From the NCBI GenBank assembly GCA_035084275.1, contig CM068749.1:15004001-15068000 (forward strand): 64,000 bases of DNA. The letters run 5' to 3'. This DNA comes from Hydrolagus colliei. Lineage: Eukaryota. The notes below the pieces were generated by a model, which was not told the origin of the DNA, ran no database searches, and was given only the letters and a program-made list of their open reading frames with translations. The position numbers were made by a program, and so were the translations under genes. Positions 49,611 to 62,528 of this stretch are shown here, piece by piece (position 1 is the stretch's first letter; each line of letters begins with the position of its first letter).

Positions 49611-49775
49611 AAATTGGTCACTCCCTCTTGGCACTTTGAGAAATGGCTGTATTGCTGTGTGCAAATCGATCACCATATCTGCCTACAAATTTTCCTTTTT
49701 TTAAAAAAACTGTGATATCATATGATGTGTTTCAACAATAAAGCAATAACTATATCAAATTGCAAGGTTTATTTT
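49611..49775 (+). mobile_element. Diverged SINE fragment
   Basis: AAATTGGTCACTC...TGCTGTGTGCAAAT...CTATATCAAATTGCAAGG. Confidence 0.5.
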
Positions 49776-49786
49776 TGTTCTTCAAC

Positions 49787-49850
49787 CCCTTTGGGGCATC
49801 CTCTCGACATGAAAGGCGCTCTATAACTACAATTTTGTCATTGTTGTTGT
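49787..49850 (+). mobile_element. Very short L2 3' tail
   Basis: CCTTTGGGGCATCCTCTCGACATGAAAGGCGCTCTATAACTACAATTTTGTCATTGTTGTTG. Confidence 0.72.
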
Positions 49851-50257
49851 TTAGGGTTTTAAATTATGCTTCATACTTGAAGAAAGAAGCTTAAAATTAT
49901 GTTTCCTTTTGAAGACTTCATTCATATGGAACAACTTTCTCTGATAAACATAATCAAACACCAGACTACCCATTTGCTTTGCTCTCTGCCCTTTTAATGA
50001 TACTACAAAGAAGATTTGCAGATGAAATAATTTGCCATTAGCAACACCATTATCAATAAACATGCTGAATACCAAGTGAAGTAATGGAACAGATAAATTG
50101 GGAGCAGATTATTGAAATTAGTGTTTTATATCATGATTTGGTAGTGAATAGATGATGGCAGAACACCATAACACAACCAGGTCAATATTTAGCCTGAGCC
50201 CACTGGAAAATTCACAGTGATATTTACTGAAAGCAAAGAATACGAACTACAGCATCA

Positions 50258-50312
50258 GAACATAACATAAGCAATGGTGGATGAAAAAAGGCTGAGGTCC
50301 ATCTAGTTTGCT
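50258..50312 (-). mobile_element. Possible CR1-type 3' tail remnant
   Basis: GAACATAACATAAG...GGTCCATCTAGTTTGC resembles the antisense CR1 terminus. Confidence 0.3.
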
Positions 50313-50357
50313 TTCGCACAAATAATGAAAAGGTAAACCTTGCTTTGAGTAAATTTG

Positions 50358-50436
50358 TAATAATAAGAAGAATAATTGTAATCCTTGCATTTGATATAGC
50401 GCCTTGTCACATCTTAGAGATGTCTCGAAGTGCTTC
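50358..50436 (-). mobile_element. SINE 3' tail fragment
   Basis: AATCCTTGCATTTGATATAGCGCCTTGTCACATCTTAGAGATGTCTCGAAGTGCTTC. Confidence 0.8.
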
Positions 50437-51413
50437 TACCGGTTATCTTAAAAGTAAACAGGTGGTAGAGGAGGATAGCGTTTTGACCCGAGGACTTGTT
50501 TGCAATGTAAAGATTATCCCAGATATAAAGGAAGAGACAATTATATGTTTGCATAAAAGCAGGTTGATTCAATTCAGAGCTGAGTTTCATTTGCCTATTT
50601 TCTTCCACATTCTTTTGGGAAAAGAATATCTCTTAAAACTGCAGTACTGATTATTCAAGAGATTACTTGCACTTTCTTTGGAAGTGAGCACAAAATGCTT
50701 GTGATAAATGCTGTGCTTAATATAACTTATAAAAATGGATACGATAAATCTGTGTTGTTATTGCAGTTTAGCACAATCTGTCCCCTAACTGTGAACTCCA
50801 GTGTCCTTGGAATATAAAGCTGCTTGTGTGAAATGTAGAAATTAAACAGTGTAAATTAATTTGAGAATCTCACTTCTTGATGAAACCATATCTGAAGTAA
50901 ATCTCTAAAGACTAAACTGGTGAAATCCATATAACTCAAACCTTCATCCCTCCCATGTTGTGCCTGGTATATCAGTACGGACAGCAGGCAATGTCATTTG
51001 GTCATAATTTAAAACAGAAATGTAAAAGGTCAACAGATTTAAATCAGTTTAGATCTAAAAATTAATGCAGTTCCCCATGCTAAAATAACTATATAAATGC
51101 TTTCATCTGAGGAAAGACTGAATAATTAAACATTTGGGGGAAATGAGCTCATTGCTGGTGAGATCACTGTAATATTTTACTGAATAAAGCCTTATTCTCA
51201 CTGAGGTATTCAACTGTCAGAAAAGAGAAATCTGCAGTGATTTATACTTGTTGGGTGCCAGTTTGGGAGGATTTATTTTGGGTGTAAGATAGTTTTGTCT
51301 CATTCAAGACAAGCTGCTTTTGTGGAAGACTTGACCACTTCTATGGCTACGAAGTGACTGCTTATATGGTGTGGATGATTGGTGCCAAGTAGTCTTACTC
51401 TCTTGGTTATAAA

Positions 51414-51601
51414 AATAATAATAATCCTTGTATTTGATGTAGCACTTTTCACATCTTCTAGATGTCTCAAAGCGCTTCACAGAATGTACTGTAAAGTGAA
51501 TTGACTGAATACATGTGGGCAAAATGTGGCAGCCAATGAACAGTCGTGGATTGAAATGACCACAATTTTTAAAAAAAAATTTGGAGGGATTATTATTAGG
51601 C
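51414..51601 (-). mobile_element. Dominant SINE lacking the tRNA head
   Basis: AATCCTTGTATTTGATGTAGCAC...GTAAAGTGAATTGACTG...CAGTCGTGGATTGAAATGACC...GAGGGATTATTATTAGGC. Confidence 0.88.
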
Positions 51602-51903
51602 TTCCAGGATTAAAGTACTTTCTACTTTACCCAAATAAAATCTTTCATATAGAGAATCATTTCAACCATTCGAAAACTAAATTTTTCAACCAAAGATAAC
51701 TGCTTTCCACTGGAATAGCAAACAGACATAATTTACCAACTATTAGAATTCAAATGTTGGTGTACAACAAGTGGTTTTATTTTGTTTCCAGTGACTGACT
51801 ATATTGCTCACATTTGCATTCTGCTTGCTTCTACTGATATCTTTATGTGAAGCTGTAAGAATGATGTAGTCATTTGAGGGCAGCTCTCTCTGCTGTCCCA
51901 AGG

Positions 51904-51954
51904 CAGCGCCTTGGGACGTCCTCCCGACGTGAAAGGCGCTCTATATATGTAAAT

Positions 51955-51986
<32 letters not shown>
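51904..51986 (+). mobile_element. Short L2 3' tail with (TTG)n microsatellite
   Basis: CAGCGCCTTGGGACGTCCTCCCGACGTGAAAGGCGCTCTATATATGTAAA(TTG)n; this is the best-preserved tail copy. Confidence 0.85.
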
Positions 51987-53504
51987 AACAGTCAGGAATG
52001 GGCTAATTCAAGATCATGTTGTCCACAGGTTGCTGCAGACTTTGTAAGTTAATATGCGGCTCACTAAAATCCAAAGTATAACTAGAAATCATTTGGTGCT
52101 TAAATATTTTTTGATTGACAGACAATTTTGAAATGATTGAAAGTTTATAAATAATACATTACAATGACTTGGCTGGAATAAGGGTAAGCAACCGATTAGT
52201 AGCATTTCAAAATGAAATCCAAACGATTGTGTAATGTTGGAGTTATGGTTCTTACCAGCTACGGGAAGAGTCAAATTATCAGCAAATGCAACCATTACCC
52301 CAGGATGCTTCAGTGATTTATTTTGTCATATCAATTGTTCAGGTGAATTCAGCTCCCTCTCAAGGTCAGACATGGTAATTCTTCCTTCATTAGTTCTCTC
52401 TGATTTTATATACTGTATACTGTTATTATACATACTGTGTATATATATATTTTTTAAAAGTCCAAAATAAATAAATGGACAGAGAGATGAAGGATGGTAA
52501 ATCAATTTCAAATGTTCCTAACCATTTCAAGAAAATGACTGGTGACAACTCGCTCCACAGATATAATAACCATATCACTGTTGGTATTTTATAGTGACAG
52601 CATCACACTTTGAATTGGTTTAAGTTTGGATTTGTCACAGTTTCAAATGACATAATAAAGCTCTTTCTGTTCTTATTGTTCACTAAATATGAAGTCAATT
52701 GTTGGGGTTTAATGCAGCTGCAAGTGCAACTGGTCTCCATTTCAACGCTCCAAATTGACCTCTCAGGCCTGAAAAACATTCCCATGAAAGAACACTTTGA
52801 TTGAACCCACTGCACTGCTGCCTGACAATCCTGTCAGACGCCTGAAATAAAATTACTTCTGGAAAGTCTTTTGAGGTCTGTGCCTGTAGGCTAGTCCCGG
52901 AATGGTTGACAAAAACAAGCAATACAACTGACCGTCAGAAAACACACGCTAAAGGCATTTTATATGCTTCCGAAAAGCACCACAATTAAATCCCAAACTA
53001 TTAAGTCATTGCCTCCAATCTCTGCCAAATACAGCCCTTTTTAATTAATCTCTCCTGCTGACGATATTCTATCTATTGTTGTTTGTTTTGCAGCCTGTCA
53101 AAGCAATTCTGCAGTGTTTTTTTTTACTTTTGACTGTACATTCTGGACCTGCTGATAAATTATTTGCCACATTTAATTGGTTTTTTAAATCAACCTCCCA
53201 GAATTACCAATAAAAATATGAAGGCGTAAAGCATAGAATAAAATGCACTCAACAGAATGCAAATGACTTGCCAAAGAATATCTCAGAATTAATGAATTTG
53301 ACATGACAAACTCTCTGTAAAGCTGTCTTTGGAAACACTAATAAAATCATGAAATTATGTTTCAAAACGGATGCTTAATATGGTTTTCTTGTCAAGAGAA
53401 GCAGTCTGAGGTAACGCATAAACTGTCTGACAGGCAGTGATGTACAGACAGTGTTATACTGTAGTTTGGGTAGAGTTGGGAGTGGGTGGGCGGGGAAGGC
53501 AATG

Positions 53505-53569
53505 CAACAACATCAACAAAATTATACTTTTATAACACCTTTCATGTCAGGAGATGTCCCAAAGCGCTG
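53505..53569 (-). mobile_element. Very short L2 3' tail
   Basis: CAACAAAATTATACTTTTATAACACCTTTCATGTCAGGAGATGTCCCAAAGCGCTG. Confidence 0.72.
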
Positions 53570-54517
53570 ATGCCGATAGAATTATACAGAGATCCTGCTA
53601 TTTTATTTTTAAAAAGTTAATAATAAATAAATTATTACTTGTTATACATTTTAAAACTGATTCTAACTGTAAAAATCATTGGAATTGAGTCTCATACATT
53701 CTCTTTTTTAAATAGCTGCAACTCTGAAGCTTTTCCTTGTGTATTATGCATCATTTATTGTGTTTTACCTGTACTATTTTTCTATTATTTTCTTTTCTAC
53801 TATTTGTTTTTATTCTGCCCATGTCCACAATTTGTTGCCAGGTCCAGTGGTACAAGCAGGATACTGTGTGAGTTACATGTGCATGTGGGGGTAGGTTGAA
53901 CATGTCTTGACTGAGGCACTTATGAAGTAAGCTTGGAAAGCCAGTTCAGCAGTGTGCAAGCTCCCTGTGTGACTTATCTCTTGTTGTTTTCATTTACTGA
54001 AATGTACTCCATGGAATTGAGTTGAAAACCAACAATGTTGTTTGTTTGTTGGTGGTCCCGAAGCAGTCAGTTTGAAGCAAAGACCAGGTGCATTCAGATG
54101 TTTGCAGAGGCAGCGAGGACACATTCAGCTGGTTTTCGAAACAGCTGCCATTTAGACACACACATAAGCAAACATTCAGCCAGTCACAGAAGAAGCACGG
54201 AAAATTTATTTGGCTGCATGTGGTGTCAGACAAGCAAATATTCATCTGTCACAGAGACACTGGAAAAGGGAGGAATTAATTCAACTAGTTAGAATGAAAG
54301 TAATTAAGGAGCAATACGACAAAAATGTGGTCAATATCAAATGCAGAGAGGGTGAGGCATTTGGCCCATTTATGGAGGCACATTTGTAAAAATTAGTTTA
54401 ATCAGGAACAAAAAAATATATATTTTCTTCCAATATTGTTTTGGTAACTCCACCTATTTTCTTTTGTTTTTTTTAAAATGCCATACTCACCAGACTCTGT
54501 GCAATGTTCCTGCTATA

Positions 54518-54575
54518 CAGCGCCTTGGGATGTCCCCCCGACGTGAAAGGCACTCTATAAATGTAATTTTGTTGT
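54518..54575 (+). mobile_element. Very short L2 3' tail
   Basis: CAGCGCCTTGGGATGTCCCCCCGACGTGAAAGGCACTCTATAAATGTAATTTTGTTG. Confidence 0.82.
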
Positions 54576-57500
54576 ATACTCCTCTTTTAAAACTGTAACA
54601 AACACATCCAGGGACACATTGTCTTTCAAACAAAAATTATTTGTTTTGCAAATGGTAATTTATCAAGCATACACAATGTTTTTTTTTAAAAAAGGCACTG
54701 CACAGACACAACATTTCAAGACATCATCTCTCCCCTAATGCCTAGCTCTCCACAAAATGTCAAGTTATTCAAACCATCTGCTTTCCTGCCACCATGCTGA
54801 CAAGAACTTGTCTACCTAGCTCATGCACATTTACACCCAGGCTGTTTCCAAATACAGTAAGCCTCCCCCTCCACAGTCAACTCACTAAAACCAATCTGTG
54901 CAAGAAGTGTGCCAACACTGACGGGATTAGTATTACTGGGCACAAAAGATGATTCACTTTGTGACATTTGGTCAGAAACACTGTGAAATATTCACTGTAC
55001 TTTCTTTAAACTCTTTTAGGCATTCTTGGTATTTGGGGATAAATTCTGCAAAAGTTATGTCATTCTGACTATACATATATCAGCATCACGTTTTTGGAAT
55101 AACTTTTGTAAAACACAAATTTGGGCAAAAATAACATGAGCTCCCCAAAAATCTAATTTATTCAGCAAACCAACAACTGAAAGTGTTCAATTGAATGTTA
55201 CAATTAATCATGCTAGAATTTGAAATACTGGTATACCTCACCAGTCAACATAACATTGATATGTAATCATGGCAAGTAAGCATTCTGCACCTATTCAGGC
55301 ATCACAGAGCACTTTGTAAATAAAACCTGACTAGGCTTATTTGTAGATCCTCTAGCTTATGTACTGTGAAACAATTCTGCAATGTACATAAACATTACAA
55401 ATCTTTCCCAACACTCTTCAAATTACATTAATAATCTTAACTTAAACTTTCCGGGTCCAGGACACCGTCAGCTTTATCCTTAAGAGCAGTGTTTCCGAAT
55501 TGCTTTATGGACAGTCAGGTGGAACAAGACAGCACCTGTACCGTGGGTGAGCTTAAAGGTTTGGACTGAATCTATGTGAGAGATTGCTTCCCCATCCATT
55601 CTGTGTTTTGTCTGCAGAACTAAGCGTAGTTCAAATGGATCAAATCAAATTAATTCCAAGGTTCATAAGCAAAAATTCTTTTCTAGACATTTCACAAAAT
55701 GGTTTGACCTGAACTTGAGAAGATAACTGACTTTAAAGACAAGAACAAACATACCATTTTGTGTTTACTACTTTTCAGAGAAAGGTTTTACAAGACCAGA
55801 ATTTGAGGGTGAAATGGGGATTTTACATTTAAAAGCTATGGAACGTTGCAAGAATTTATTAGCAGGATGAAAAACCCTGGAATGCCATTGTGGGCATGTC
55901 CTCATGACATCAAGGGTATGAATGTAAATTTGTATTGCTTGGTAGCAATGTTGAAGTCTAACCAAGGTAATAAATGCAATTTTGTCATTGCTGTTGTTGT
56001 TGTAAAGACAATATAGCATCAAGTGAAAGAGTGATGCCCTGCAAAGCCTCACATCTCCATCCAAAACAATTTGTCGATCTCATTTGCTTCTGAAATCTGA
56101 AATTGACATGTTCTCTATGTGATATCACACTCTGTGTGACCCCGACATGTCAGCATGCCATGGGCTAATGGGCTAACTAAAAACACAGCTTGTAACATTA
56201 GAAGATCTCATTGGACTGCTGGAGTAACCTGTGACACAGAGATAACAATCTATGAATCTGAGGCGCCAAGGCTATTAATATTTGTGCAATTCACTCTACT
56301 TAAAGCTATTTTTAAAGAGATAGTCTCACTAGAGATAGATGGTAAGAGTTACGAGAAAATGTTGATGTGGACAGCATTTTGCCCATCAAAAACAATTACA
56401 TAAATGTAATATAAGATCTCTTCACTATCAGCACCAGATACATGCAGAGCACAGTTAAATTCTAGCACTTTACCAATTCTTCAATTACTTGTATATAATT
56501 TAAGAGGGGCAGAAGTCAATTTGTGACAGAAAGCTATTTGGATGCTAAAATACATCTGAATATTTCAACTACAATAAACACTTGTGCGTCAAGGCTGACA
56601 TATCAAAGAACAGTGCTGAGTAGATTTCACTGAAATGATTTCCAATTGTACTTGAGTAGAAATAATGGAAAATAATGATACCATTAATGGTCGAAATTGT
56701 ACTTAACTATATTGTCACTTTAACCTCTACAACAACTTCACGTGGGGCAGCATCTTGGAGCCCTTAAATATCTATCAGCACTGGATGCTTTTAGTTCGCT
56801 CTCTACAGTAATTTATTCAGAACTGGTTTTATTATTATGATGATTAAACAAATTAGGGCAGCTCTTGTGTTTTTGACCGAGTGCAGCATAAAGGCAGACA
56901 AATTATGAATCATACTATGTTATGTGCAGGATATTCTATAAGTAGTAGTTGTCAATTTGTAGCCAACATTTTCATTAATCTGATAGCAGAAATGGTAACA
57001 GAGGTGCGGGGACAGGAGGTGGGAGACTAAAGGATCATGTAACCCTCACAGATACGGTAATGTCCAAATATTCTTCTCTTGGAAGATGTCTCTCACACTA
57101 GGCTTTGCACTCCTGTCACATAGCCATGTTAGCCACCTCACACAGCAGATGACACACCCTCCACAGGATGTTCCTGATTTTTCACACTGGGAACATTGCA
57201 ACCATGGTTGCATGCTAATTATACCACTTCAAGGGTTGCATTTAAGGATTGTCACTATAGCAACAAGCCTTGCAAACAGTGAATTGAAGGGTGTAACATA
57301 TATTACAAAAGTACTGAGTGAGGAGAAGCAGAAGTAAGTATTTTTGTTCCAAGTAACATAGTCAAAACAAAGTCCGCGTGTTGCGTCAAGATTTTTCTCA
57401 TTGCGGTTGATGGAATGTTGGTGGTGCAGATTAAATGGCACCTTTGCCGAAACAATTGGTCACAAGAAACTCGAAATTAAGTTATTGCGTGAAGTACTTC

Positions 57501-58529
57501 GGGGTGTTTCCATGTGCTGAGGGCAGTTTCAAATGCAAGCATTATTACTGTATTAGGTTGACAGAAGTGAGCGAAAGTACTACAGAGAAAGCAATGCTAT
57601 TGATTGACAACAAGCTTGGGTTTTAGAAGATTCTTGAAAGAAGGGATGAATCGAGCTTAAGTTGATAAAATACACGAGACCCCAGATTGTAGATATGGTC
57701 TGTATACTGTTGGTTCTTAATTGACATCAACACGTAGCCCTCTGTGCATTGTTCACTGTTTGAAGCAACGTAAACACAGCAAGGGATTGGTAAAGGAAAA
57801 CAGAACCATTTCTCATTAAAAAAAAGAAGGTTCTCCTTTGATGAAATGCTGAGTTTTCACAATAGCTTTCCCTCTCGCGGCATAAAATTGGTCTTTAATA
57901 TTGTTTTTCTTTCCCACATCTAGCAAAGCTGGAAAAGGGTAGTCACCAATCTGATAGATCAATGACCTGATTGAGTCTTCGGTGCTTTCCAGTTGAGTTG
58001 CTTTTAACTATTGTTTTTAGAAATATCAGAGCACTGAACCAATATTTGTGAAAATAGAATGGAAGACATTTTGCTGGGGCAAATATATTATATGGCAGCA
58101 CCTTATTAAAATAGGGGATTTTCTAATCAATTTTAATTAAGACTAAAATGTCAAACCATATCCACTTTGAGTTGTATTGAAAGCATCACACATGTCTGCT
58201 AGCATTGCGATGTGAGTCCAAAATATTTAACTCTTCATTGTTGCTCTGATATTTGCATTCTGATACATTCACCTGTTTTGTATGCATGAATGTTCAGATA
58301 ATCTATTTATTTTGCTCATCAGTGAAAATGATCAGATGAAAAATGAAATGCATTTCAAGAAATGCAAAATGGATGACATGTAGGTAGTGATGTGTGTGTT
58401 ACAAAACATGAATTGATTTAGATGGCATAATGTACTGACATAAAATGACATAATTTTAACCATAGAAATACTGTAGTTAAGTCCAGTTTCTAGTACAATT
58501 TTGCCCTCAAACTATACAGTCAATTCATG

Positions 58530-58744
58530 CTTTCCCTGGGGGTAATAATTCCTTCAAAAAATAATAATAAATTGATCCTCAAGCCACGACTGATTGTCAG
58601 ACACTGTTGTGTGCAATTGGTGGCCATGGTTCACCCACAAAATAAACAGACAATTCACTATACTGTACAGTATTTTCTGTGAAGTGCTTTGAGATGTCTC
58701 AAAGACATTATATATTAATTGCAGGATGCTTATTATGATTATTA
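58530..58744 (+). mobile_element. Dominant SINE, 5'-truncated
   Basis: TAATAATTCCTTC...CCACGACTG...GTGTGCAATTGG...CTGTGAAGTGCTTTGAGATGTCTC. Confidence 0.8.
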
Positions 58745-60510
58745 AGTAGTAATAGAGCTTGGCTTCAATATTTATGAAAACCTATCATCCAAAAAATTAT
58801 AGCATGGGAGAGGATCATTCACAAGGAAAATAGCAATATTGTATATGTTGCAAATTATGCATTTGACAAGTGTTTTCTTTATGTCTCATAATCAGATGTA
58901 TTATTTAATGCTGGTGCACACAGGATTACAGTGTGCTGGTACCCAAAACATTCATGTGAATGTTTCATTGGAAAATGACAATGTGTTGCTGGTGCATTGC
59001 TCAGAGGGTTGTTCTTGGCTGCCCTGTGGTTCATGCTCCCATGACAAGAGTTATTGTTGGGGTTTTATTGTCGACTACAGTACTGAGAGGAACTGCCTTG
59101 TGTGCTCCAGTGCTTCATGAACTTTGCATTTTTTTTGCAGACAACAACTGTCTGTTAGGGCTGTTCTTGCAGGGTGATCATCAGATCCTCTACGGATGTG
59201 TTGTATTTAAGCAGCAGGGGCTGGGTTGCTGACTTTGCTGTTTAGTGGCTGATAACAGAAAACAAATCGCCAATTTGTAGAAGATCAAGATTTGAAGAAT
59301 ATCAAGTGAAAGAAAGCAAACTTGCTTTTTTTTTGGCAACGTTTGAATTTTTCAGGTCAGCCTGCATACAGATCCCTTTAGGGTTAGAAATCAAGCTCCG
59401 CCTGAGAGTGGAGATTTGGTAAACAGATTTTGCCTTTCCCTTTGTGGGAAATATTTTCTCCTCATCAATTGATTCCAAATACATTCAAATCAATATTGAT
59501 GGATATAACACAAAACTGGACATCCATGTATCACTATGCCTTTCCGATGAGCATATTTTGATTGTTCTGTGGAGAATTCATTTCATCTAACAGTGCTGTT
59601 CAACTTATTGCTTATCATGGCGCATGTGTTTAAAATCGCGGGTGAATCAGCACACAACTGTTATAATTCTACCGTAGCTGTTGCAGAGAATCTAGTTCTC
59701 ACCAATTCTCACCAATGCTTCAATGATTATATAAATTCAAAGTCACAAAAGAACACGCTAGGAAATTTTTACATAATCTAAATATTGCATTCTTCCCTAT
59801 TCCGTACATCTATTTCCAAGAATAATTTTATTTCAAATAATAAAACTTTTTTGAAATTTAATTCAATGGGGTATTACAATTTGGAAGGAGCCTGTGTACA
59901 CCTGTTTCATTTGAGATACTTCTTGTGAATGTACTGTTTGGAAGTTTTCCAAACATATTTTGGAGGGTGACTCAGGAGTCTATTAAAATCATGCAACTGT
60001 GTCAATCCATTCAGAGACAAATAATTAGAATAAATTGCCAAATTGACTGTTTTCTTCTTTGTTGAAAAATATATCTGGCTGTGGTGCATTCATTCTACGT
60101 AGGAGGTAACATGGGTGATATTTTTGTTGAACATTAGAGCTTGATTGTGACAGATTTAAGGCAGTGATCAGATATGCAACTTTATCTGCCCCAGCATCTG
60201 TGGTTGTAACCAGAATGCATGCTATTATGATTTCATTGTATTTGTAGTGATAGATATTGACAGGGCTGGTGCACATTCATAGATTGCACAGGGCAGATTT
60301 GTAACTGCCCATGTATTTAATCTAGACGTCTTTGCATGTAAGTTTCCATGTCCACTTTGCAGCAGCCCCTCTGCCCAACTTAAGCATTTCTGTCAAGTAA
60401 TTAGGTCAGAGTAGCATCTACTGCTATAGTCAAACAAATAGGCAAAGTCTATTGCCAGCAGCCTCTATACTCAATGAGGTAGAAAAAGTGGCAATACACC
60501 AATAAACTAA

Positions 60511-60588
60511 TATATTCCGCAAAGAGCTTTGAGATGTCTCGAAGACATGATAAGGCACTATATCAAATGCAAGCATTATTATTATTAT
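60511..60588 (+). mobile_element. SINE 3' tail fragment
   Basis: GCTTTGAGATGTCTCGAAGACATGATAAGGCACTATATCAAATGCAAGC(ATT)n. Confidence 0.8.
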
Positions 60589-62311
60589 AAATGTCTCAGA
60601 GTGGTTAGAGGGAATCTTGACACAGACCATACATTACCTTATCTAAACAAAACAAATGTTTAGTAACATATTCTTGCATAAACAATTGAAGGCAATGAAA
60701 TGCAATGAAATGCTGAAACGAACACCATTTCCTTTCTGTAATGCCTTACCAACTCTTAAGCTTTGCAAACAAACATAGAATTTGGTAAATTTCAACATGG
60801 GGGATTGTTGCAAATTAAAATAACCAATTGGGAAAAATACAGGAAATGTTGCAATGCACTCCCATTTACAGTTAACATAAATGAGATTAACTAATCCCTT
60901 CGGTTATGAAGCTTCTCTTTTTTGGGGTTAAAATACATTTTTAAACTACCGTTGGAGCCAACTCTTGACTCCAGCCTACAAGAAACTTACAACCTTTCTA
61001 GAAACAAATGCAAGTAATGCTTCAAAAATATTAAATTGGTATGCTAATTAAAGCCCGACTGCATACTATGACTTCCATTGTGTATTTTCCCAAGGAAGGG
61101 GTGTAAGAAAGACAAGACAGAAAATATAATCAGAAATTATACACTTATTAAGACTGAATCACCCTTCATTTACTATGTTTCAAGACACTGAGAAATGTGT
61201 GCCATGTGATATTGGAGTGTTGTGTAGATATTTGCACTAGACTTTCCTATAGTAATTCTATGCTATAATCTTTGTCGTCATAGCAAGTATTACTATGCAG
61301 TAATATTATTGCTAGCTGCTGTTTTCGCTTCATCATAAATTATTGAATCCTACAAGCTCTGGGAATATATCATGAACTGTAGGGCCCAATGTAATGGAAG
61401 CCAAAAAGCTTTTAGGTTGCAATGTAATTTTCTTAAAATGTTGCTTCATTATTCCTGTCTAAATAAATTTGCAACCTGTTTATAGTGAAGCACACACGTT
61501 CTACTAATAATACGCTGCGAATCTACTGAAATATTTAACAACTTTGTCAGCTACATTATTTATAATTTATTTTCTTTTTAAGACCAATCCACTATCTGTT
61601 AAAAAAAACTGCTCTTAATAGGAAATGAACCTAAAACATCAGTGTCAAATTCAGAGGTGGAAATTTGAAAGTTGTTGCAGTGCCTTTTGTAGTCACTATG
61701 ATTTTTCAATGCTTCTGGTATCCATGTTCTGCAGGTCACAATGGATTCATCATCTGAAGTCTGGCTTTAATTAATACAATTAAGTGTACTTCTCACAGTA
61801 ATATTTGCAGATGTTTCCAGTCAATTTATATTGTGCATATTTTATTTGCAAAACTGAGGTCGTAAAGTTGGCTCAAGCAATAGTACAAAATGTGCTTTTT
61901 TTAAAGAAATGCTTTTTTTAAAAAAAAGTTCAGTAGGGCTGAAATGTTCCTTATGCTTTCTGAAAAGGCCAGGAATGTGTTTACTACTTTTCAGAGGCAC
62001 AAAGTTAAATAATTTCCCATAGACAGTATAGAGTAACTCTTGTTATTTGGGTTTCATTTGTTGCTTTGCTTCATATAGCAATGAACTTGCTGAATCCAAC
62101 ATTTTTTTAAGTTTGCAGTTTCTAGATGGGAAAGAGATGTACATGTACAATTGGCAGTATAAATACAGTACATCACAATGTTTCAAATTACATAATTGTA
62201 AATTTCTTTCTCTACAAAGCTGGGAAAATACTTCACAAGTCACTGAATTGAATCTCTTCAAAGGCACATTCGGATAATTTATTTGAACAAAATAAACTAT
62301 TAAAAGATGTG

Positions 62312-62528
62312 AATAATAATAATCCTTGCATTTGATATAGCGCCTTATTAAGTCTTCAAGACATCTCAAAGCGCTTCACAGAATATACTGTAAAATGAAT
62401 CGACTGTATATTTTTATGGGCGAAACTCAGCAGCCAATTGTGCACAGCAGTGTCCCACAAACAATCGTGGATCGAGTGACCAAATTATTTTTTATCATTA
62501 TTTATTTAGAATATTTTATAGAGGGATT
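62312..62528 (-). mobile_element. Dominant SINE lacking the tRNA head
   Basis: AATCCTTGCATTTGATATAGCGCC...CAGCCAATTGTGCACAGCAGTGTCCCACAAAC...GAGTGACCAAATT. Confidence 0.88.
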
